A stretch of DNA of 64,000 nt from Bdellovibrionales bacterium (GCA_964229765.1 CAXREJ010000053.1:1359-65358); one strand, 5' to 3'. Counted from the first letter of the stretch, positions 28,122 to 37,267 are shown. A program made the numbers and translations. The notes: generated by a model from the letters alone, not told the origin.

Positions 28122-29216
28122 ATGTCTTTGTTGATTAATCGAAATCCCCATGTAAGCATTTTATACATGGGGATTTTTTTATTTATTTTAATGATCGCAA
28201 TACCTAGTCAAACTTTTGCTGCTGAAAAATGTGCAGTGATGAAGAAAAACTCTGTCGCATTGAAAGCTAAAACAAAAGTAAAGAAAAGAGTGCTTCGCAA
28301 TGAGGTGTTTCCTTTTTTGGGTTTAAGTAAAAATGGTGTGGCTGTAAAAACCAAAATTAATGGACAGGCTTATTGGCTTCTTTCTAAGCTCGTTAGAGTG
28401 GAAGAAGGAGAACTTTGTGCACTCAATAAACTTGAAAGCAATAATAAAAGTGTCGATCCACTGGATTCGCTTCTTGATTCATCGACTGATCAATATGATT
28501 CTCTTCCTGAGGATTCAAGTTTAGATAAAATGACAAAGTCATCAGAGAGCAAAGAGTTCAAAGCTGTCTCTGAAGTAAAAAGCGGATGGACTTATGGTGT
28601 TGAAGCTGGATACTTAATTTCTAATTCAAAAAAACCCTTTGAGAATTTGATCACTCCAACTCCTCCAAGTAATGTGGATGTGAATGAAGATACTTATGAT
28701 AGTCCTTTTGTTGATTCCGTTTCTGGTGGCTCGGGCTTTGACTTTTCAGGTTTTGTGCAGATGCCACTTTCTCCGTTATTTTCTTTGAAGATGCAGCTAG
28801 GTTATATGCAAAGGGAATTAAGTTACGTCTATAGAACCAATCCTAATAATACCGATCAATCCTTTGTGACCTATAATCAACTGCCGCAGTCTGAGAACAC
28901 AGTCTCATTTCAATCGGTTTATTTAACTCTTATGCCAAAATTTTCTTTCTCACTTTTTAGTGTTCCTATGGATTTTGGTCTAGGAATTAGAGGGCATTAT
29001 TATTTGCAACAATTTAGGCAAGAGCGCAGAACGGCCCCGCAGAAGTTGACTCCTTATTTTGTGGATTCGGGATACAGTGCTTTTGAAATTGAAATTCTAC
29101 CCCGTTTAGAGGTCAAGTTTCAGCCCATCTACGTTTATTTACAATTGACCAATCAGCTGACCGGAGCCTCGCATTTTAATATGGATCCTCACCTTGGGGT
29201 CGGGATCGAGTTCTAA
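28122..29216 (+). CDS. Outer-membrane beta-barrel protein with N-terminal SH3b-like segment (tentative)
   Basis: 364 aa. Signal peptide ...IPSQTFAAEK. The C-terminal 200 aa have an alternating pattern ending GVGIEF (terminal Phe). It starts 6 nt after the upstream stop. Confidence 0.6.
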   Translation: MSLLINRNPHVSILYMGIFLFILMIAIPSQTFAAEKCAVMKKNSVALKAKTKVKKRVLRNEVFPFLGLSKNGVAVKTKINGQAYWLLSKLVRVEEGELCALNKLESNNKSVDPLDSLLDSSTDQYDSLPEDSSLDKMTKSSESKEFKAVSEVKSGWTYGVEAGYLISNSKKPFENLITPTPPSNVDVNEDTYDSPFVDSVSGGSGFDFSGFVQMPLSPLFSLKMQLGYMQRELSYVYRTNPNNTDQSFVTYNQLPQSENTVSFQSVYLTLMPKFSFSLFSVPMDFGLGIRGHYYLQQFRQERRTAPQKLTPYFVDSGYSAFEIEILPRLEVKFQPIYVYLQLTNQLTGASHFNMDPHLGVGIEF

Positions 29217-29449
29217 TTGTTGTCCCTTAGGAAATTAATTGATCCATTGGGTTGCAGGCATCTCATTTGTAAAAATTTTAGATGATGTAGACATGTCGTA
29301 TCATTAAGGATAGCTTTCGGCAAAGCTCAATCTGACTCTATTAAATAGAGACAAGAACTTCTACCTAAAGTCTTTGTCGAAGATGAAATAGAACCTTTGG
29401 TTGCAGAGAGGAACTTTTAGAATCTTGTTTAATTTCTTAGGAAACAATT

Positions 29450-30403
29450 GTGAAATATAAAGACCTATTCATTTTTTCAATTTATGTATCAACTACTTTT
29501 ATTTCCAGTCCTGTTTGGTCAGCCATGCATTGTAGTGATTTGCTCACTCGTGCCCAAGAAAATGAGAGTATTCATTCGGAAATAGACAACCTAAATCAGG
29601 CGATACTTGAAATCCGTCCTCTCCTGGAAAGACACCAACTCACTATAGTGCCGATGACCTCTTTGCGTTCTCAAGTGGGTGAGAGATCATCTCGACCCTA
29701 TTTACATAAGCTTCTCAGTTGGGCTGATCGATTGAGAACAAGAATGGGAGGCCGCCCCTTGAATATGGAGGGGCACAATCAGGAGCCCGTCTCTGATCAA
29801 GTTTTAATGGCTCCTCTATTGAATGACTCCCCATTAATGCAAGAAAGAACAGATCAAGATGCCGTTGTGCCGGCGCGAGCCCATCGCGAGCCACTCACTT
29901 ATGAACAATTGAAGCGTCGCCAGGTCACAGAGGTCGAAGATCGTTGTTTTGCTGGAAGTTGCTCGGTTTTGACTCCCAATGGAGAGAGACCTATTTCCGA
30001 GCTGAGAGTCGGTGATTCTGTATTTTCTGTGGATGTTAACACTGGGCAAGTGGTCACTAATCGTATTGCAAAAGTTCACTATACTGAAAATGGACAGGCT
30101 GTCCATGCGCGAATAGAGGGCGATAGAGCGATGTGGGTAAATCCTCTTCATCGTTTCTATACCCCTGACAGCAAAGGGTGGTTACCCTTGTTACAAGTTA
30201 ATATCTATAGCCAATCTGTAATGGCTGTGGAAATAGGGCGCGATAGTGCTCATTCTGGCTTTAACAATCAAAGCTTGGAGGTTGAATCTCAAAGTGTGCT
30301 TGAGTGGATGCCTGTTTACAGTTTAGAGATGGCCGAGCCACCTTATAACTTTATTGTTGAAGGGATTTTGGTTCACAATGGTCCCTTGCCCAAAATCATA
30401 TAG
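29450..30403 (+). CDS. Secreted protein with C-terminal Hint / bacterial intein-like (BIL) autoprocessing domain
   Basis: GTG start, signal peptide ...SSPVWSA. Hint blocks are CFAGSCSVLTPNGERPISELRVGDSVFS (aa 166 on), NPLHRFYT and VYSLEMAEPPYNFIVEGILVHN. Only GPLPKII follows. Confidence 0.75.
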   Translation: MKYKDLFIFSIYVSTTFISSPVWSAMHCSDLLTRAQENESIHSEIDNLNQAILEIRPLLERHQLTIVPMTSLRSQVGERSSRPYLHKLLSWADRLRTRMGGRPLNMEGHNQEPVSDQVLMAPLLNDSPLMQERTDQDAVVPARAHREPLTYEQLKRRQVTEVEDRCFAGSCSVLTPNGERPISELRVGDSVFSVDVNTGQVVTNRIAKVHYTENGQAVHARIEGDRAMWVNPLHRFYTPDSKGWLPLLQVNIYSQSVMAVEIGRDSAHSGFNNQSLEVESQSVLEWMPVYSLEMAEPPYNFIVEGILVHNGPLPKII

Positions 30404-30513
30404 AAATGTTTTTTAAATGGGTGTTCGTAAATTGACTGTAAAAGAATAGACAGTACTATAAATATTACCAGGCCTATGGCAATTTTGGTTAAAATCACGA
30501 AAATAAGTGATCT

Positions 30514-31176
30514 ATGTTGAGATCTTTATTTGTTTTGTGTGTTTTAATTCCCTCTGTCGTGCAGGGCAATTTTTGTCGGGACCTTTTTTCTCAACAAAAT
30601 TATCGCAGAAGAAATTTAACTCAAGTTTATATTCATCGAAATAGCCAATTTCCACTCCATCCTGATTTAATCGAATTTTCCATGGCTTCTGATATCGTCC
30701 TCAATAAGATATCCGTCGTTAGTACGATAGACTACGATCGAATTGCTTTGTCTTTAAATAACCTACATAGCCGCTATGGTGTTCCTGTGCGAGTGGCTTT
30801 ACCTGATTATAGGATACCAGAAAACGTCCGAGTGATACCGATGAGGCTTGTTGAAGATATTGTGCAAGATATCTTACATACTGTTTATAGTGACCTTCAG
30901 GGTTGGGGAGTTGATATATACCAATTGTCTGATAGGGAAGAACTATTCTGGAAGAGTGTTCATGACTTCTTTGATCAGCAGCAAGTTATTAACCTGGCGC
31001 GAGATTATCGTAATGGGCTTGTGGCTAATCAATCCGATCCAAGGGTTATTTTTGACCTAAAGAATAATTTGCTAGAAGGACTGCGCTCTTCATTCGTAAG
31101 TTATATGGATGAGGTTATGCCAGGAGGACTCAACTCTGATGAATATACATTTTTAAGTCAAAGTCATATATTTTAG
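30514..31176 (+). CDS. Hypothetical secreted protein
   Basis: 220 aa. Signal peptide MLRSLFVLCVLIPSVVQG, then NFCRDLF. No family recognised. Confidence 0.55.
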   Translation: MLRSLFVLCVLIPSVVQGNFCRDLFSQQNYRRRNLTQVYIHRNSQFPLHPDLIEFSMASDIVLNKISVVSTIDYDRIALSLNNLHSRYGVPVRVALPDYRIPENVRVIPMRLVEDIVQDILHTVYSDLQGWGVDIYQLSDREELFWKSVHDFFDQQQVINLARDYRNGLVANQSDPRVIFDLKNNLLEGLRSSFVSYMDEVMPGGLNSDEYTFLSQSHIF

Positions 31177-31279
31177 AGCTTAAGACGATATTATTTTTTA
31201 TGAGGACTAAGAGTCATCCTGTGGCGACACAGAAAATGAATCTGGGGTTGAGAAGTAAACCGCGATTAAGCGAACTGTT

Positions 31280-31951
31280 CTAAAGAAGTGGTTCTTTTTT
31301 CTTCTCAAATTTCCATTTGTATATAAGGTAGCCAAGAAAGAACAATAGGGCGCCAATAATGATCACCATTTTAATTTGGCTAAGTAGGTTAAGAATAACT
31401 TCCCCGTAAATACTGATCAATATAACCTGAGTGGGGACAGTAAATAGGGCAGCCAGTCCCACCACAAGAATAAACTTCCAGCGAGGAAGACCAATAGCTC
31501 CACACATCATGTGTCCAGGAAACCTTAACCCAGGGGTAAAGCGGAATATAAAGGGAGCTAAAGTTCCGTATTCGTGAATCCACTTGCGTACTCTTTTAAA
31601 TGAGCTGCTCTGAAAACGCTCTCTCCAGCGGGGATGATTGATAAGTTTGTCACCAAAATAAGAGCCAATCCAATAGATAACAAAATCACTAATGAAAACA
31701 GCAAACAAACAAATACAGGCAAGAGTGTAGGGGTTAACTCCTGTGGCGCCTTCCATGGGAGGAGGGTAGCGGTCAGGATGCGTTGCCATAAATGCAGTGA
31801 GACTCGCACTAATAATAGTAACTTCTTCGGGTAAGGGGAGTCCGAAACTGGAGGCAAACATAAGGCCTATAACCAAAGCGTAAACAAGGCCTGGTTGATA
31901 AGCGATATGAAGGAACCACTCTGCAATTTGATCTTCAAAGCCAAAGTTCAT
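31280..31951 (-). CDS. DedA/VTT-domain family membrane protein
   Basis: 223 aa, multi-TM. GLPLPEEVTIISA motif typical of DedA. Confidence 0.7.
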   Translation of the reverse strand: MNFGFEDQIAEWFLHIAYQPGLVYALVIGLMFASSFGLPLPEEVTIISASLTAFMATHPDRYPPPMEGATGVNPYTLACICLFAVFISDFVIYWIGSYFGDKLINHPRWRERFQSSSFKRVRKWIHEYGTLAPFIFRFTPGLRFPGHMMCGAIGLPRWKFILVVGLAALFTVPTQVILISIYGEVILNLLSQIKMVIIIGALLFFLGYLIYKWKFEKKKEPLL

Positions 31952-31962
31952 TAATTAAGGCC

Positions 31963-32592
31963 TTAGTGAGTGGAGTTTTCCACTTGAGTGATACTTTCGA
32001 TGATGACCGGTTCGGAAGGAACATCACGCATTTGTCCGGAGGCTGTTGTTTGAACTTTGCCGATTTTTTCGACAACCTCCATGCCCTTGGTGACTTTACC
32101 AAAAACAGCATAGCCTATTTGACTAGGGAGAGGGCCTTTGTAGTTGAGGAAGTCGTTGTCCTTGAGATTGATAAAAAATTGGGAAGAGGCGCTGTCAGGA
32201 TCAGGAGTGCGAGCCATAGCAATAGTCCCTTTATCATTTTTTAGGCCGTTAGCAGCTTCGTTTTTTATGGGAGCATCTGTCGGGCGAAGTTTAAGATCTT
32301 TATCAAAACCACCACCTTGGATCATAAAGTCGTCAATGACTCGGTGGAAGACGAGATTGTCGTAAAACTTTCGATCGACGTAGTTGAGGAAGTTTTTTAC
32401 TGTAACGGGTGCCTTCTCTTTATCGAGTTCCACCGTAATAGGGCCATGGTTTGTTTTAATAGTCACTTGCACGGAAGGCTCCTTCGTCATTTTTTTTGTA
32501 TTTTGTTGAGGTGTTGTCTTATCCGCACCCATAGAAGGTGAGGATAGGAGTGAAAAGGAAAAGCTCAGAAGTAATAGGATTGAAAATTTCAT
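31963..32592 (-). CDS. ppiA: Periplasmic cyclophilin-type peptidyl-prolyl cis-trans isomerase
   Basis: Signal peptide plus GPITVELDKEKAPVTVKNFLNYV...FHRVIDDFMIQGGGF. Confidence 0.9.
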   Translation of the reverse strand: MKFSILLLLSFSFSLLSSPSMGADKTTPQQNTKKMTKEPSVQVTIKTNHGPITVELDKEKAPVTVKNFLNYVDRKFYDNLVFHRVIDDFMIQGGGFDKDLKLRPTDAPIKNEAANGLKNDKGTIAMARTPDPDSASSQFFINLKDNDFLNYKGPLPSQIGYAVFGKVTKGMEVVEKIGKVQTTASGQMRDVPSEPVIIESITQVENSTH

Positions 32593-32687
32593 GAAGGAGA
32601 TTTTAAAGACTCAAGCTGTCTCTGGCAAGGGATTCTCCCCAGAAAGACTCTGGGGAGGACTGTTAAAACTCTTGACCTGGACTTTTT

Positions 32688-32891
32688 TTAATGACGGGAG
32701 TGATCTTTGCGGCGAGTTTCCATGTCGCACTGGTCACAATGGGCTGTTTCCTTAATGGTCTCTTTCTCTTCATCAATTTCGTGGATAAGAGTTAGAGGGT
32801 TGGAGCACAAAGGGCAGCAGTTAATTGAGCGCATAAAGTTTTGGTAGCGACGGTGACGTTGAATTATCTTTTCTCTTGTAATCTCATCCAT
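32688..32891 (-). CDS. Small zinc-ribbon protein (CxxC ... CxxC)
   Basis: 67 aa from ATG 32891, with AGGAGG upstream. CCPLC and CDQC pairs. The ORF-track N-terminal extension lacks an RBS. Confidence 0.55.
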   Translation of the reverse strand: MDEITREKIIQRHRRYQNFMRSINCCPLCSNPLTLIHEIDEEKETIKETAHCDQCDMETRRKDHSRH

Positions 32892-33222
32892 GAGACGACC
32901 TCCTCTTAATAAGACTATGACAATGCAAGAATCGCCCCTTGACCTAAGGCTTTGGTTCAAAGGTTAAAACACGGAGTGTTGCTTGTTGGTGAGAGCCCAA
33001 ATAATGGCTCGGAGGCTTACTGCGAGGGGCTCTTAGCTAAAGGGCTGGTCAAAAATATGGCGAGAATTTAGCCAAGATTCCGACAGTTTAACGGGCTTTT
33101 TATTTTAAAGGTAAGAGAGCAATTAAGAGTTAATTTTAAAAAAGAAAGGTATTTTGTAATAGGTTATGTTTAATGGGGGGGGAGAAAGGGGACTGTACCT
33201 GTGGGGGACACCACCGAGAGAA

Positions 33223-33267
33223 CCAACAATTGAGATCTATTGGGGGGATCTCGTTGGGGTCATTTTT
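33223..33267 (+). terminator. Orphan terminator-like hairpin (ccaac-aatt-gagatc / gatctc-gttgg) followed by T5, with no plus-strand gene upstream
   Basis: Read directly. It follows a G-tract cluster at 33175-33207. Confidence 0.35.
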
Positions 33268-33399
33268 CAAAACTCTCTAGAGTCGAAAGTTTCTTCAAAT
33301 GTGTTTACAAGATTCTTATAACCATTTATTTGTTTTAATAAAAATTATTCTTATAGATAATAGATCATTAGTTTAGCTTAATGGTGCCAAATTGGACCG

Positions 33400-33804
33400 T
33401 TAAGTTTTATTAAGTGATTTGCCAAGGTGCTCAAAAATTTGATGGCCCCATTTTTCACAAGCTTTCCTGTCTAAATCGCAGAGATCCTGCTTTTTGATGT
33501 CTTTAAGTTGAAACCATCCCAGTGCCATATGTTCCCTGGGGTTGAGGACTGCAGGGCGGCTGTAGAGGTAGAAGTGAAGAGTGATTTTTTCATTAACTAA
33601 GTGACCCAAGTACTCCAAGCTTTCTCTGTGGATCTTAATTTGTAATTCTTCCCAAAGTTCTCTCGAAAGTGCTTGTGTGTCTTTTTCATTTTTTTCAATC
33701 TTGCCACCAGGGAACTCCCATTTTCCTCCATGGTTTTTGCTCAGAGGTCGCTTTGCTAATAGAAAGCGACCCTTTTGAATAATAATGGCGCAGACAACCC
33801 TCAT
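33400..33804 (-). CDS. Nudix hydrolase, MutT-like
   Basis: Nudix box GKIEKNEKDTQALSRELWEELQI. The start is taken at M78 of the track ORF (MRVVCAIIIQKG...), because the longer form overlaps the divergent fadE start. Confidence 0.75.
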   Translation of the reverse strand: MRVVCAIIIQKGRFLLAKRPLSKNHGGKWEFPGGKIEKNEKDTQALSRELWEELQIKIHRESLEYLGHLVNEKITLHFYLYSRPAVLNPREHMALGWFQLKDIKKQDLCDLDRKACEKWGHQIFEHLGKSLNKT

Positions 33805-34033
33805 AGAACTCTTGTACTCGTCAAATTGAATGCCGTCATCTGTGACTTTTATTGCACGAAGAAATGGCGATCCGACGATGAAATAGAAAGTGTTTAAAAA
33901 ACGAGCGAGTTCTGGCGTCGTTTTAGTTCGGCTCTTTGGGTTTCCTGTGTGATGTGCAAGTCGTTTCCTAATGCGGGCCGCTATTGCTAAAGGACTGACA
34001 ACTTTAGGATTTGTTGTACAATTAATCCATAGC

Positions 34034-36499
34034 ATGGAGGAGCATCATTTGGAAAATTTAATGTACTATGGTTTTTTTGCCAGTGAATATTGTGGTTTGT
34101 TTATTGGATTAACAGTTCTTGTTTTACTCCTATTGGGATATTTTTCCTCTCCACTTATACTGTGGACATTGGTTGGAGCGGCATTTCTTTATTTATGGGG
34201 AGTGCCTGAGGGTTTACTTATAGGATTTGCTGTTGTCGCCCTTATCTTTAATACTCCGATAAGGCGTTTTCTGGTTTCAAGTTTAGTTCTTAACTTGTTT
34301 AAAAAAATGGGCCTTATTCCGAAAATTTCAGAAACGGAAAGAACAGCTCTAGAGGCGGGGGTTGTTTGGATTGAAAGTGATTTGTTTTCTGGAAAGCCCA
34401 ATTTTAAAAAAATATTAAAAGAGCCTTTTCCGAGTTTAACTGAGAAAGAACAAAAAGTGGTGGACGAAAAGGTCAACACTCTTTGTGAGATGGTGAATGA
34501 CTGGGAACTTTGGGAGACAAGAGAATTCACTCCAGAAGCCTTAGACTATATTAAGAAAGAAAAGTTTTTTGGAATGATTATTCCTGAAAATGAAGGTGGT
34601 TTGGGTTTTTCAGCTCTGGCTCACTCTGAAGTTATCTGTAAAATATCAACTCGCTCCATTGGTTTGGGTGTTTTTATAATGGTTCCCAATTCATTAGGAC
34701 CTGCTGAGTTACTCCATAACTATGGAACGGAAGAACAAAAGAAAAAGTATCTTCCTAAGTTGGCAATTGGTGATGAGATTCCTTGTTTTGCATTAACAGA
34801 GCCCCATGCTGGTAGTGACGCTGGATCGATTCAATCCGACGCGGTCGTTTTTAAAGGGGAAGATGGTAAACTTTATCTTCGCATGAATTGGAATAAAAGA
34901 TGGATTACTTTGGCGGCGATATCCACATTGTTAGGTGTGGCTTTCCGCTTAAGAGATCCTGAGAATCTTTTAGGAAAAGGAGAAGATGTTGGTATCACTT
35001 GTGCCCTTATTCCAACGGATACGAAAGGGGTTGTTGTCGGTGAGCGCCATGATCCGTTAATGGTTCCTTTTTATAACTGTCCGACTCAAGGGCATAACGT
35101 TGAAGTACCATTAGAAGAGGTAGTTGTTGGTGGACTTGATGGTTGCGGAAAAGGTTGGGGTATGTTGATGGATTGCCTCACTGCTGGTAGAGGAATTTCT
35201 CTTCCTTCACAATCGGCGGGTGCTGGTAAATATGCGACTCGGGCCGTTTCGGCCCATGCCACCAATAGAAAACAATTCGGATTGCCTGTTGGAAAATTTG
35301 AAGGTGTTGAGGAAGCGATAGCTCGTATCGTTGGGTTGAACTACATCATGGAGTCTTGTCGAATTTTTACAGCGGGTTCCATTGATAGTGGAGTAAAGTC
35401 TCCAGTCGTGACGGCCATAGCGAAGTATTACAGCACAGAAATGATGAGAAAGGTTGTTAATGATGCTATGGATGTTTTTGGTGGGGCGGGTATTTCTCGT
35501 GGACCACGAAATCTTATGGCTCACCCTTATATTGCAGCTCCAATCGGTATCACGGTTGAGGGGGCTAATATTATGACTCGAACTCTTATTATATTTGGTC
35601 AAGGAGCACTTAGAGCCCACCCTTACGCCTATAAAGAAGTGGCTGCTGTAGAGAATAATGACTTAGGAGCTTTTGATAAAGCTTTCTGGGGGCATGTTGG
35701 CCACGTCATCGACAATTTATGTCGTAGTTTGATTTTATCTGTCACTCGTGGACTCTTTGTTTCAACTCCTGGTGGACCAGCACGACGTATCTACCAAAAA
35801 CTATCATGGACTTCTGCCGTATTCGGTTTGATGTCTGATGTTGCCATGGGGTCTCTGGGTGGAGCCTTGAAAACAAAAGGGAAATTGACGGGACGTTTCG
35901 CAGATATTTTAGGTTGGATGTATTTGATTACATGTGTTCTGCGTCGCTTTGAAGAAGAAGGACGTCGTAAAGAAGATCTACCTATCGTAGAATTTGCAGC
36001 TAACTATGGTTTTCAGCAAATCCAAAAATCTTTTGAGGGTATTTTTCAAAACTTAAAGGTTCCAGGGCTTTCTTGGTTTTTCCGTGGCCCCGTTTCTTGG
36101 TGGACACGTTTTAACTCATTGGATGGTGAAACGTCTGATTATTTAAGTCATCAAGTTTCAAAACTCATCCAACAAGATACGGAACAAAGGGACCGTTTGA
36201 CTCAAGGTATCTTTATCTCCAAAGATCCTAAAGATGCTCTGACTCGAATCGATAACACTTTTAAGATGGTTAAGCAGGCCGAATCAATCGAGAAAAAGAT
36301 TCGAAATGCTGTGAAAGCTAAAACTCTTCCTAAGAAGAGGGTGGCTCAGCTGATTGATCTTGCACTAGAGAAATCAGTGATTACAAAAGAAGAGTTTGAG
36401 ACTTTAAAGAAAGCTCAAGAAATGCGGGATGATTCCATACAGGTCGATTCTTTCACCCAAGAGCAGTACTTGGCGCGTAAAGGCGAAGTGGCTCATTAA
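34034..36499 (+). CDS. fadE: Large membrane-anchored acyl-CoA dehydrogenase (FadE type)
   Basis: About 820 aa with N-terminal TM helices, then the acyl-CoA dehydrogenase core (CFALTEPHAGSDAGS, TVEGANIMTR). The start could be 33971 or 34034. Confidence 0.85.
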   Translation: MEEHHLENLMYYGFFASEYCGLFIGLTVLVLLLLGYFSSPLILWTLVGAAFLYLWGVPEGLLIGFAVVALIFNTPIRRFLVSSLVLNLFKKMGLIPKISETERTALEAGVVWIESDLFSGKPNFKKILKEPFPSLTEKEQKVVDEKVNTLCEMVNDWELWETREFTPEALDYIKKEKFFGMIIPENEGGLGFSALAHSEVICKISTRSIGLGVFIMVPNSLGPAELLHNYGTEEQKKKYLPKLAIGDEIPCFALTEPHAGSDAGSIQSDAVVFKGEDGKLYLRMNWNKRWITLAAISTLLGVAFRLRDPENLLGKGEDVGITCALIPTDTKGVVVGERHDPLMVPFYNCPTQGHNVEVPLEEVVVGGLDGCGKGWGMLMDCLTAGRGISLPSQSAGAGKYATRAVSAHATNRKQFGLPVGKFEGVEEAIARIVGLNYIMESCRIFTAGSIDSGVKSPVVTAIAKYYSTEMMRKVVNDAMDVFGGAGISRGPRNLMAHPYIAAPIGITVEGANIMTRTLIIFGQGALRAHPYAYKEVAAVENNDLGAFDKAFWGHVGHVIDNLCRSLILSVTRGLFVSTPGGPARRIYQKLSWTSAVFGLMSDVAMGSLGGALKTKGKLTGRFADILGWMYLITCVLRRFEEEGRRKEDLPIVEFAANYGFQQIQKSFEGIFQNLKVPGLSWFFRGPVSWWTRFNSLDGETSDYLSHQVSKLIQQDTEQRDRLTQGIFISKDPKDALTRIDNTFKMVKQAESIEKKIRNAVKAKTLPKKRVAQLIDLALEKSVITKEEFETLKKAQEMRDDSIQVDSFTQEQYLARKGEVAH

Positions 36500-36531
36500 T
36501 CACTCGTAGACTCTAGATTTATGATTGCCAA

Positions 36532-36557
36532 AGGTCTCCACTGGAGACCTTTTTTTA
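36532..36557 (+). terminator. Rho-independent terminator of fadE
   Basis: aggtctcc-act-ggagacct followed by T7. Confidence 0.85.
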
Positions 36558-36721
36558 TTGGGGGCTGTTGTTAATTCATCAAGCTACTACTGCTTCAACC
36601 CCTTGCAATTTAGAATTTTTCTCACCTTCACCTTATTCAATGTGACTTTCATAGTTCATAAAGTCCAGTGCGCTTAACTCAAAGCGCTGAGGTTTTGAAC
36701 TCTCATTAGGTTGATGAATTG

Positions 36722-37267
36722 TTATATATTTTTTCCACGGCTACTAAAGACAAAAGACTCTTTATTTTCTGACGTGGCAGCCATGATGGTTTCAAAAATG
36801 GGACGAGAAGAGAGAGGGGCCTGCTGGTATTCAACAATAAAATTAGCGCCGGATCCGCCTTCAACATCATTCCATTTAATAAAAATTTCTTTTGTTTCTA
36901 GAGGTTTAAGTGTCAAACCTTCGTTTAAGTACTTGCGAATGAGTTTTCCTTGAGTGTTGTAGTAGAAAATTTTATCAATTTTTAAATTATTTTTAGCATC
37001 GGTATTGCGTAAGCTTAGAGTAATAGCCATTTCTATGGGCTTGCCATGAGAAATATAAATGTGTGAGTAAGCTGGGATGTAACTTTTTTTAGTTACTTTA
37101 TTAGTTTCAATTTGCTCGACCAAATCCCCATTCTCTTTTGATTTTACAATATCATAAGCCATATCGAATGACATATCGGGGCGGCTGGATTGCCCCGCTG
37201 TATAGGCAATAAGAAGGAATATGACAATGAGAGCGCCAGATAAAAAGAATTTGATTTTTAGAAACAT
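36722..37267 (-). CDS. DUF3124-like exported or membrane-anchored protein
   Basis: YIPAYSHIY...TLSLRNTD...GGSGANFIVE pattern, recalled from the DUF3124 family. GGAGG precedes ATG 37267. Confidence 0.55.
   Translation of the reverse strand: MFLKIKFFLSGALIVIFLLIAYTAGQSSRPDMSFDMAYDIVKSKENGDLVEQIETNKVTKKSYIPAYSHIYISHGKPIEMAITLSLRNTDAKNNLKIDKIFYYNTQGKLIRKYLNEGLTLKPLETKEIFIKWNDVEGGSGANFIVEYQQAPLSSRPIFETIMAATSENKESFVFSSRGKNI

Noticed and set aside
33805-34035. N-terminal 77-aa extension of the Nudix ORF (track coordinates 33400..34035)
   Set aside because: The extension overlaps the divergent fadE start region and has no similarity to Nudix proteins. The internal Met gives a normal 134-aa MutT-like protein.
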